From: a bacterium
Lineage (GTDB): Bacteria > UBA6262 > WVXT01
Length of the DNA: 15,207 nucleotides
NCBI GenBank assembly: GCA_046759165.1
Contig: JBHIBS010000033.1
Coordinates: 1-15,207, forward strand
Reading direction: 5' to 3'
Positions within the stretch are counted from its first letter, which is position 1, and the number at the start of each line of letters is the position of its first letter. Positions 1-6,643 of the stretch are shown here, piece after piece. The position numbers and the translations under genes are program-made. The notes beneath the pieces are model-generated. The model saw nothing but the letters and a program-made list of their open reading frames with translations, was not told the DNA's origin and made no database searches.

Positions 1-30
1 ACATTGAGAAAATAAGGGCTTTTTAAAAGT

Positions 31-106
31 GGCGCGGTACCCAAGTGGCTAAGGGGGAGGTCTGCAAAACCTTTATTCGACGGTTCGAATCCGTCCCGCG
101 CCTCCA
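31..106 (+). tRNA. tRNA-Cys (anticodon GCA)
   Basis: Cloverleaf: acceptor GGCGCGG/CCGCGCC, D-loop AAGTGGCTAA, anticodon loop CTGCAAA with GCA at 64-66, T-arm GACGG-TTCGAAT-CCGTC, discriminator T and encoded CCA. Confidence 0.97.
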
Positions 107-111
107 AAAAA

Positions 112-172
112 TTCTGGAGTCCTTGCGAAAGCAAGGGAAACAATATTCCACCCTTTCGGGCGGACTACAGAA
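112..172. other. Compact structured element (predicted four-way junction; ncRNA or palindromic mini-element) between the two tRNAs
   Basis: TTCTGGAGTCC (112-122) pairs with GGACTACAGAA (162-172), giving 10 bp plus one G-A mismatch. It encloses hairpins TTGC-GAAA-GCAA (123-134), GGAA-ACAATA-TTCC (136-149) and CCC-TTTC-GGG (151-160). Confidence 0.55.
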
Positions 173-200
173 CTAAAAGGGATGAGGCTTTTTTTATTTT

Positions 201-277
201 GGGCGGTTAGCTCAGGTGGTTAGAGTGCATGGTTGACATCCATGAGGTCACTGGTTCAAGTCCAGTACCGCCCACCA
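201..277 (+). tRNA. tRNA-Val (anticodon GAC)
   Basis: Acceptor GGGCGGT/ACCGCCC, D-arm GCTC-AGGTGGTTA-GAGT, anticodon arm CATGG-TTGACAT-CCATG with GAC at 235-237, T-arm ACTGG-TTCAAGT-CCAGT, encoded ACCA end. Confidence 0.97.
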
Positions 278-318
278 ATAATTTAAGCTTCTTAATTGTG
301 GTCAGAAGAGAACAGGGG

Positions 319-2067
319 ATGCGAGAGTTTAGGAGAAACGAAAAAAAGAAAGAAAATTTAGAGGCATTGCGCCATTCCTGTTCCCATATTATGGCGCACG
401 CAGTTTCTGAACTCTTTCCCGATGTAAAGCTCGCTATCGGACCACCCATTGCCGATGGTTTCTATTATGACTTTGATAAAAAGGAGCCTTTCACTCCACA
501 AGATTTAGAAAAAATTACAGAGAAAATGAAGGAGTTCATCGAAAAGAATTATCCTTTCATTCGTTCTGAAAAATCGAGAGAAGACGCGCTTAAATTCTTT
601 CGGGATAGAGGTGAAAAATATAAAGCTGAGCTGATTCAAGAAATGGACGATGAGAAGGTAACTCTCTACCAACAGGGAGGTTTTATTGATTTCTGTCGAG
701 GTCCCCATGTCAAGTCGACAGCTGAGGTAAAATATTTTAAGTTGTTGAGCGTTGCTGGTGCTTACTGGCGGGGCGATGAGAAGAGAGAGAGACTCCAGAG
801 AATCTATGGAACGGCATTTTTTACCAAGGAGGAGTTGGACAAATATCTATATTTGCTTGAAGAAGCCAAGAAGAGAGACCATCGGAAATTGGGGGTTGAG
901 CTCGACCTATTCAGCATGCACGAGCGAGCGGGAGCTGGGCTTATATACTGGCATCCTAAGGGCTCACGTATCAGGAAGGTAATAGAAGATTTCTGGGAAG
1001 AACAACATCTGAAGAATGGATATGAGCTGGTAAATATTCCCCATATTGCTAGAATAGATTTGTGGGAAACCTCCGGTCATATCAATTTCTATCAGCAGTA
1101 TCTGTATTCGCCTATGGACATCGAAGGGCAGGAGTATATTATCAAACCCATGAATTGTCCCGGCCACATACTGATTTATAAAACAAAGGTGAGAAGCTAT
1201 CGTGACCTGCCAATTCGTTGGGCAGAGCTAGGAACTGTGTATCGCTATGAGCGTTCAGGAGTTCTGCACGGCCTGCTCCGGGTGCGTGGTTTTACTCAGG
1301 ATGATGCTCACATCTTCTGTCGCCCAGAGCAGTTAGAAGATGAAATTGTGGGGGTAATTAAGTTTGTTCTTTTCATGTTAAAGACATTTGGCTTTTCAGA
1401 TTATGATGTTGCTTTAAGTACACGACCAGAAAAACATGTGGGAACTCTGGATAGTTGGGAGAAGGCAGAAGATGCATTAAGGAAGGCACTGGAGAAAGTG
1501 AGGCTCGCCTATGCGGTTAATCCGGGCGAGGGGGTCTTCTATGGACCAAAAATAGATATAAAAATAAAGGACTCATTGGGTCGAGCATGGCAATGTTCCA
1601 CTATCCAGGTGGATTTTAACCTTCCAGAAAGGTTTGACATCACCTTTATAGACAGTAGCGGACAACCTCGCCGACCAATAATGATTCACAGGGCACTTTT
1701 GGGCTCCCTGGAGAGATTCTTTGGGGTTTTGATAGAACATTATAGAGGTGCTTTTCCCGTTTGGCTTGCTCCCGTGCAGGTAACGGTTCTAACGATTACA
1801 GACTCACAGATAGATTACGGTTGGAAGGTCTATAATCGTTTGAAAGAAAAGTCTATAAGAGTAGAAGCAAATTTTGATAATGAGAAAATAGATAAAAAAA
1901 TTCGCAATGCACAACTTCAGAAAATTCCGTATATGTTAGTCATTGGAAATAGAGAAGTGGAATCAGAAACGGTTGCTGTGAGAAGAAGAGACCGAAAAGA
2001 CCTCGGCCCTGTTAAAGTTGACCAATTCATTGAAAACATATTGAAAGAGATAGAAAGCAGAAGATAA
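319..2067 (+). CDS. thrS: Threonine--tRNA ligase (form lacking the N-terminal TGS domain)
   Basis: Editing motifs LRHSCSH and DFCRGPH; SVAGAYWRG; RDHRKLG; Zn ligands in KPMNCPGH, QDDAH and MIHRA; YGPKID; C-terminal anticodon-binding domain. The start is moved from the ORF-track 229 (inside tRNA-Val) to the first in-frame ATG after the tRNA, at 319. The SD is weak, so the start is less certain than the identity. Confidence 0.96.
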   Translation: MREFRRNEKKKENLEALRHSCSHIMAHAVSELFPDVKLAIGPPIADGFYYDFDKKEPFTPQDLEKITEKMKEFIEKNYPFIRSEKSREDALKFFRDRGEKYKAELIQEMDDEKVTLYQQGGFIDFCRGPHVKSTAEVKYFKLLSVAGAYWRGDEKRERLQRIYGTAFFTKEELDKYLYLLEEAKKRDHRKLGVELDLFSMHERAGAGLIYWHPKGSRIRKVIEDFWEEQHLKNGYELVNIPHIARIDLWETSGHINFYQQYLYSPMDIEGQEYIIKPMNCPGHILIYKTKVRSYRDLPIRWAELGTVYRYERSGVLHGLLRVRGFTQDDAHIFCRPEQLEDEIVGVIKFVLFMLKTFGFSDYDVALSTRPEKHVGTLDSWEKAEDALRKALEKVRLAYAVNPGEGVFYGPKIDIKIKDSLGRAWQCSTIQVDFNLPERFDITFIDSSGQPRRPIMIHRALLGSLERFFGVLIEHYRGAFPVWLAPVQVTVLTITDSQIDYGWKVYNRLKEKSIRVEANFDNEKIDKKIRNAQLQKIPYMLVIGNREVESETVAVRRRDRKDLGPVKVDQFIENILKEIESRR

Positions 2068-2080
2068 GCCCGATAATTTG

Positions 2081-2205
2081 GTAGTGTAGGGCCTTATGTC
2101 CGCAATTTGAAATTTGTAGTGTAGGGGCCTGTCCCCGTAAGAATCACGCCCATAAAGGGCTACACTACAAATAAACAAAATCACGCCCATAAAGGGTTAC
2201 ACTAC
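2081..2205. repeat. Cluster of four GTAG REP-like palindromic units (two forward, two reverse)
   Basis: Units at 2081-2102 (+), 2116-2137 (+), 2147-2168 (-) and 2184-2205 (-). Consensus: GTAGTGTA, 4-bp stem, 5-nt loop, G. Perfect 13-bp inverted repeat 2112-2124/2160-2172; exact 18-bp direct repeat 2142-2159/2179-2196. Confidence 0.8.
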
Positions 2206-2220
2206 TACAATGGAGACAGG

Positions 2221-3576
2221 ATGAGTAAAGTTACTTTTGTTCAACCCAGAGCAAATTTTAATGCTTATGGTTTAACCATGGTACCTCTCCTGGGAGCTTT
2301 CTATCTGGGCACGACTCTAAAAAGAGAAGGACATGACGTTTCAGTCCTCTCAGAAGAATTTAAGGAAGTTTATAATGAAAAGACGGGAAAGCTTGATGAG
2401 GAACTGTTATGCTCTGATGTGGTGGGGTTTTCCACTATGACCTGTACCGCACAGAGAGCTTACCTTATCGCTGATGCCCTCAAGAAAGCCAGACCGAATG
2501 TGAGAGTAATTATGGGAGGTCCCCATGCTACCTTTATGGTTGAGGAAGCACTGGAACACGCCGACATAGTGGTAAAGGGAGAGGCAGAAAGAGTAATCTC
2601 TGATGTGGTAAATAGTGGTAAAGAGACTTCGCGTGTAGTTGAGGGAATTCCTGTGGAGGACCTGGACACGCTCCCTTTCCCGGATTTAGGACTGCTGCGT
2701 AATGGGAACGCGAAGTTCAAATATATATCCATCTTAACTTCCAGAGGATGTCCTTACGACTGCGTTTTCTGTTCAGTTACTCGGATGTTCGGAAAGAAGT
2801 ACCGTTTTCGAAGTTCGGAAAATGTTCTCGAGGAATTGGAATTGCGTATCTCTCAGGGTTTCCGAAAGTTTTTCTTCTCAGACGATAACTTTACGGCTGA
2901 TAGAGAGAGGATAAAGGTCTTACTGGAAGAATGCCTGAGACGCAAATTGAATTTTAGGTGGACGGCAGAAGTTCGGGTGGAGGTAGCAAAGGATACGGAG
3001 CTCCTGAAGCTTATGTCGAGAACCAATTGCCGGCTTCTCATGATTGGTTTTGAATCGATTAATCCGGAAACATTGAAATTGTACAAGAAACACCAAGGGC
3101 TAGATGATATTAAGTATTGTATCAGCAGGCTTGCTAAGGAGGATATAAAGGTTCACGGCTTTTTTGTGCTGGGGTCTGATGCGGATGATATCGATACAAT
3201 TGAGAGGACAGTAAGATTCTGCCGGAGCACGAAATTGGATACCGTTCAGTTCTCTATTCTTTTTCCTATTCCGGGAACAAAGCTTTTTGAACAGCTGAGT
3301 TCACAGGGTAGAATTTTTACTAAAGACTGGTCGCTATATGATGGCACTCACGTGGTATTTGAGCCAAAGAAGCTCAGTGCCTTTGAACTTCAAAATAAGG
3401 TTTTGAGAGCATGGGAAAAATTCTATACTATTGGTAAATTTAAATGGTTTCTTATGAGCAGGTATTTAATTAGGAGCTGGAAGAAAGCAAATAAGAAATT
3501 TTTGAGACATTTCGCACAATTTTCTTCGGTAGTTGAGAGCCGAAAATTGATGGTTGGCGACTGGAAGAATTATTGA
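2221..3576 (+). CDS. Cobalamin (B12)-binding radical SAM protein (class B methyltransferase-like; substrate unknown)
   Basis: N-terminal B12-binding-type domain (DVVGFS...VIMGGPHAT...VVKGEAE); CxxxCxxC motif in TSRGCPYDCVFC; FSDDNF, GFES and PIPGT motifs; GGAG SD upstream. Confidence 0.88.
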   Translation: MSKVTFVQPRANFNAYGLTMVPLLGAFYLGTTLKREGHDVSVLSEEFKEVYNEKTGKLDEELLCSDVVGFSTMTCTAQRAYLIADALKKARPNVRVIMGGPHATFMVEEALEHADIVVKGEAERVISDVVNSGKETSRVVEGIPVEDLDTLPFPDLGLLRNGNAKFKYISILTSRGCPYDCVFCSVTRMFGKKYRFRSSENVLEELELRISQGFRKFFFSDDNFTADRERIKVLLEECLRRKLNFRWTAEVRVEVAKDTELLKLMSRTNCRLLMIGFESINPETLKLYKKHQGLDDIKYCISRLAKEDIKVHGFFVLGSDADDIDTIERTVRFCRSTKLDTVQFSILFPIPGTKLFEQLSSQGRIFTKDWSLYDGTHVVFEPKKLSAFELQNKVLRAWEKFYTIGKFKWFLMSRYLIRSWKKANKKFLRHFAQFSSVVESRKLMVGDWKNY

Positions 3577-3607
3577 AATATGTAGGGTCAAGGCCTATTT
3601 TTTTAAC

Positions 3608-3636
3608 TTGACAAGCGAGAAGATATTTTGTATAAA
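3608..3636 (+). promoter_or_regulatory. Sigma70-type promoter for the infC operon
   Basis: TTGACA (3608-3613), 17-nt spacer, TATAAA (3631-3636; an overlapping TAAAAT lies at 3633-3638), directly upstream of the leader RNA. Confidence 0.8.
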
Positions 3637-3643
3637 ATTTTAC

Positions 3644-3736
3644 AAGTAGGCTATGCCTCACCTTAAGGAAATTTCCGAAAAGGTTGTTATTACTGAAATA
3701 GAAAACTCTGAGGTCCGTCTACGGCGGATTTTTTTT
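3644..3736 (+). promoter_or_regulatory. L20 leader-like autoregulatory attenuator
   Basis: Pattern AAGTAG, hairpin AGGC-TAT-GCCT, CACCTT...AAGGTTG, matching the layout of the Firmicutes-type L20 leader upstream of infC. It has a terminator (3714-3736) and a mutually exclusive pairing of 3647-3660 with 3709-3721. Confidence 0.72.
3714..3736 (+). terminator. Intrinsic terminator (attenuator) in the infC leader
   Basis: TCCGTC-TAC-GGCGGA hairpin followed by T8 (3729-3736), lying between the promoter and the infC SD. Confidence 0.72.
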
Positions 3737-3758
3737 ATATCCGAGGAGGTGATGGGTT

Positions 3759-4286
3759 ATAGTAAAAAAAGGAAAGTTGCGCGTAAATGAAGGGATCAGA
3801 GCTAAACACGTTAAACTTATTAATGAACAAGGTAAACTGGCAGGGATTGTAGAAACCAGAGAAGCTTTGCTTGTCGCGCGTAGTAAACAGCTGGATTTAG
3901 TGGAGATTGTTCCAGGGCAGACGCCTCCTATTTGTAAAATTATAAATTACAGCAAGTACCGTTATGAACAGGAGAAGAAGGATAAACAGGCGCGTAAACA
4001 CAGGAGGATTGGTCAGTTAAAAGAAGTGAGAATGCGTTCCACAATAGGCGAACACGATTTGGATGTTAAGTCGAGGCACATCCAGGAGTTTCTGGAGACA
4101 GGACGCAAGGTAAAAGTCACAGTTAATTTCAGAGGAAGGGAAACAAGTCATGCCGATTTAGGTAGAAAAGTTCTGGAAACAATCAAGGAAAATTTTTCCT
4201 CAATAGCCAGCTGTGAGCAGGAACCTCGTTTGGAAGGGCATCGAATGACGATGTTGCTTGTTCCCAAGAAAAAAGGTGCAGCCTGA
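3759..4286 (+). CDS. infC: Translation initiation factor IF-3 (probable ATA start)
   Basis: RVNEGIRA, LDLVEI, PPICKI, KEVRMR..IGEHD and KVKVTVNFRGRE motifs. Strong SD GAGGAGGTGA (3743-3752) precedes an in-frame ATA at 3759; an in-frame TGA at 3750 rules out earlier starts. The ORF-track start is TTG at 3777. Confidence 0.95.
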   Translation: MVKKGKLRVNEGIRAKHVKLINEQGKLAGIVETREALLVARSKQLDLVEIVPGQTPPICKIINYSKYRYEQEKKDKQARKHRRIGQLKEVRMRSTIGEHDLDVKSRHIQEFLETGRKVKVTVNFRGRETSHADLGRKVLETIKENFSSIASCEQEPRLEGHRMTMLLVPKKKGAA

Positions 4287-4344
4287 GCGAAAGGAAGAGT
4301 AGAATTTGTGAATTGAAAGGCCATGAAGTTGGATGTTGTCTGCT

Positions 4345-4574
4345 TTGGATAAGATAATGGACCATTGTGGAAGGGGTCGCTGTCCCGATGAATAAATCGG
4401 GACGTGTTAGCGACGGGCGCGAGACGATGAGCGCCCCGGCATGGGAGGTTTCCCCTATTGAGCACAGGCTGATTCACTTGGATAATAACCTTGTGCGGAA
4501 GGGGTGACAGAGAGCGAAGCGAACGCAATCAGGGGAAACGAAGAGTTTCCCCTATTGAGCACAGGCTGATTCAC
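4345..4574. repeat. Two tandem cassettes with shared ends, each ending in an exact 30-bp direct repeat
   Basis: GTTTCCCCTATTGAGCACAGGCTGATTCAC at 4448-4477 and 4545-4574. Both units start TTGGATAA (4345, 4478) and contain GGAAGGGGT (4369, 4497), but have different hairpin-rich cores. Confidence 0.85.
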
Positions 4575-4588
4575 ATAAGGAGGCGACT

Positions 4589-4786
4589 TTGCCTAAGCTA
4601 AAGACTCACAGTGGTGCTAAAAAGAGGTTTAGATTTACGTCTAAGAGCAAGATTAAACGTAAGAGAGTAGGTGCCCGGCACAAATTAACGAAAAAGAGCT
4701 CTAAAAGATTGAGAAAACTGAGAAAGTCCGGCACATCGATTCACAGAGATAAGAGGTTGGTAAAGAAACTTTTACCTTATATATAA
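4589..4786 (+). CDS. rpmI: 50S ribosomal protein L35
   Basis: MPKLKTHSGAKKRF...HKLTKKS...LLPY; SD AAGGAGG followed by a TTG start; position between infC and rplT. Confidence 0.97.
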   Translation: MPKLKTHSGAKKRFRFTSKSKIKRKRVGARHKLTKKSSKRLRKLRKSGTSIHRDKRLVKKLLPYI

Positions 4787-4830
4787 TGATTATGCACAAA
4801 TTGAATTTGTGTCTACAATAGGTTAGGATA

Positions 4831-5214
4831 ATGGTAAGAATAAAAGGTGGTGTAACTACCAGAAGGCGAAAGAAGAAGGTCTTTCGATTAACCAAAGGGT
4901 ATCGTCTGGGCAAGAAGCATCTTTATCGCCACGCAACAGAGCAACTGGACAAGAGTCTTCAGTATGCCTACAGGGATCGCCGGAGGAGAAAGAGAGAATT
5001 TCGTTCTCTCTGGATTACGAGAATAAATGCTGCTTCTCGCCTTAATGGTATGTCATATAGTCAGTTTATAAGTGGTTTGAGGAAGGCAAAAGTTCAGATC
5101 AACCGAAAAATCTTGGCCGATTTGGCGGTTAAGGATACAAATGCCTTTTCTCAGTTGGTGGCTATTGCCCTTGAGGCGAATGAGAGAGGAGTCTCTGGAG
5201 CGCAAGGTTCTTAG
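4831..5214 (+). CDS. rplT: 50S ribosomal protein L20
   Basis: [35 protein letters not shown] and [11 protein letters not shown] motifs. Confidence 0.98.
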   Translation: MVRIKGGVTTRRRKKKVFRLTKGYRLGKKHLYRHATEQLDKSLQYAYRDRRRRKREFRSLWITRINAASRLNGMSYSQFISGLRKAKVQINRKILADLAVKDTNAFSQLVAIALEANERGVSGAQGS

Positions 5215-5297
5215 TTACCTATTACTCGGTTGCTGCCCTGTCCCTATCGCGTCTCCGTCTCGGGACGTGGTGATAATAGGAATGGGAAGGAGAATCT

Positions 5298-6629
5298 ATG
5301 GCTAAACAGCGGTCGCTTTCTCCTCCTCAAGTAGTTGTCCTTGGATTTTTAAGCGTTATCCTTATTGGCACGGCTCTTCTCTCCCTGCCTCAGACCACTG
5401 TTAGCGGAGAGAGGCAACTACTTGTCGACGCTCTATTCACTGCAACTTCAGCTGTCTGCGTTACAGGTCTAGTAGTTCATGATACAGGCGATTATTTTTC
5501 CTTGTTTGGGCAGATAATTATTCTCTTGTTAATCCAGATAGGGGGTCTGGGTTATATGACTATGGCTACTTTTCTGCTTTTGCTTATTGGCAAGGCAATA
5601 ACTGTTAAAGAGAGATTAATAATGCAGGAATCGATGCCTAAATTCAGCGTGGGAGGTGTGGTTCAGTTTGCAAAATATGTTCTAAAGGTAACCCTTATCC
5701 TGGAGCTTATTGGGGCAACGATTTTGAGTTTACGCTGGATAGGGGAATATCCTGTTCCCAAAGCAATATATCTGGGAATATTTCATGCTGTTTCGGCATT
5801 TTGCAATGCAGGTTTTGCCCTATTTAGTGACAGTTTGATAGGATTTCGGGGAGATATGGTTACTTCCCTGACTGTTCTGTCTTTGGTCTTCGTTGGAGGA
5901 CTGGGGTATGTTGTAATCAGCGACCTCTATTATTTGAGGTATCGCAAGTTTCCCCAACTTTCAATCCACACTAAAATGGTCTTATCAATTACACTGACTT
6001 TGATTGTTTTGGGAGGAGTTGCCTTCTTTCTGCTCGAATCCAAAAATCCTTCGACACTGGCGGGATTGCCAAGAAAAGAGAAAATTATGGCCTCTCTATT
6101 TCAAGCAGTGACACCGCGCACGGCGGGGTTTAGTGTGGTCGATGTCGGGGGGATGATGCAGGGAACCCTATTTCTTACTATTATTTTAATGTTCATCGGT
6201 GCTTCACCTGGAGGCACTGGCGGAGGGATTAAGACTACTACTTTTGGGGTTATGTTGGCTACAGTATGGGCTACTCTGAAAGGGAGAAGGGACATTATGC
6301 TTTTCAAACACCGAATTCCAGGGGAGGTTATTAATAAGTCCTTTGTGGTTGGGTTCTTATCAATATTCTTCATTGTTATTATCACTACGCTTATTACCAG
6401 TAGCGAAGGTCATGACTTCATCCGGGCCTTCTTTGAGACTATGTCCGCTTTTGGCACAGTGGGGCTGTCCACAGGAATTACCAGCGGACTCTCCAGTCTC
6501 GGCAAGGCGTTGTTAATTGTTACTATGTTTGTGGGAAGGTTGGGACCCCTCACCATTGGGGTAGCGATGGTGCGTGAACTGAAAGATATAAGGTTTCGCT
6601 ATCCAGAGGAAAGGGTCCTGGTGGGCTGA
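5298..6629 (+). CDS. ktrB: TrkH/KtrB family potassium uptake membrane subunit
   Basis: Four pore-loop motifs: FTATSAVCVTGL, SAFCNAGF, TPRTAGF and SAFGTVGLSTG; also FIGASPGGTGGGIKTTT and MFVGRLGPLT; SD AAGGAG. Confidence 0.93.
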   Translation: MAKQRSLSPPQVVVLGFLSVILIGTALLSLPQTTVSGERQLLVDALFTATSAVCVTGLVVHDTGDYFSLFGQIIILLLIQIGGLGYMTMATFLLLLIGKAITVKERLIMQESMPKFSVGGVVQFAKYVLKVTLILELIGATILSLRWIGEYPVPKAIYLGIFHAVSAFCNAGFALFSDSLIGFRGDMVTSLTVLSLVFVGGLGYVVISDLYYLRYRKFPQLSIHTKMVLSITLTLIVLGGVAFFLLESKNPSTLAGLPRKEKIMASLFQAVTPRTAGFSVVDVGGMMQGTLFLTIILMFIGASPGGTGGGIKTTTFGVMLATVWATLKGRRDIMLFKHRIPGEVINKSFVVGFLSIFFIVIITTLITSSEGHDFIRAFFETMSAFGTVGLSTGITSGLSSLGKALLIVTMFVGRLGPLTIGVAMVRELKDIRFRYPEERVLVG

Positions 6630-6643
6630 AGGGGGTGAATAAG

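Noticed and set aside
112..172. Third tRNA or tRNA pseudogene
   Set aside because: Cloverleaf-like topology, but no TTCRA T-loop, no D-loop GG, no 7-nt anticodon loop and no CCA.
229..318. N-terminal extension of the 612-aa ThrS ORF
   Set aside because: It overlaps tRNA-Val (201-277); the open frame is incidental.
3752..3790. Short out-of-frame ORF MGYSKKRKVARK overlapping the infC start
   Set aside because: Its ATG overlaps the SD itself, so the spacing is unsuitable; no support as a leader peptide.
4148..4528. 126-aa minus-strand ORF
   Set aside because: Antisense to infC and running through repeat DNA; no recognisable motif.
4448..4574. CRISPR array (30-bp repeats starting GTTTC)
   Set aside because: Only two copies; the 67-nt spacer is itself structured and pairs with the repeat; no cas genes or leader in the window.
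4795..4811. Hairpin CACAAAT-TGA-ATTTGTG between rpmI and rplT as a terminator
   Set aside because: AT-rich stem with no U tract; its function cannot be supported.
5215..5297. c-di-AMP (ydaO) riboswitch before ktrB
   Set aside because: The spacer is only 83 nt and lacks the expected conserved motifs.
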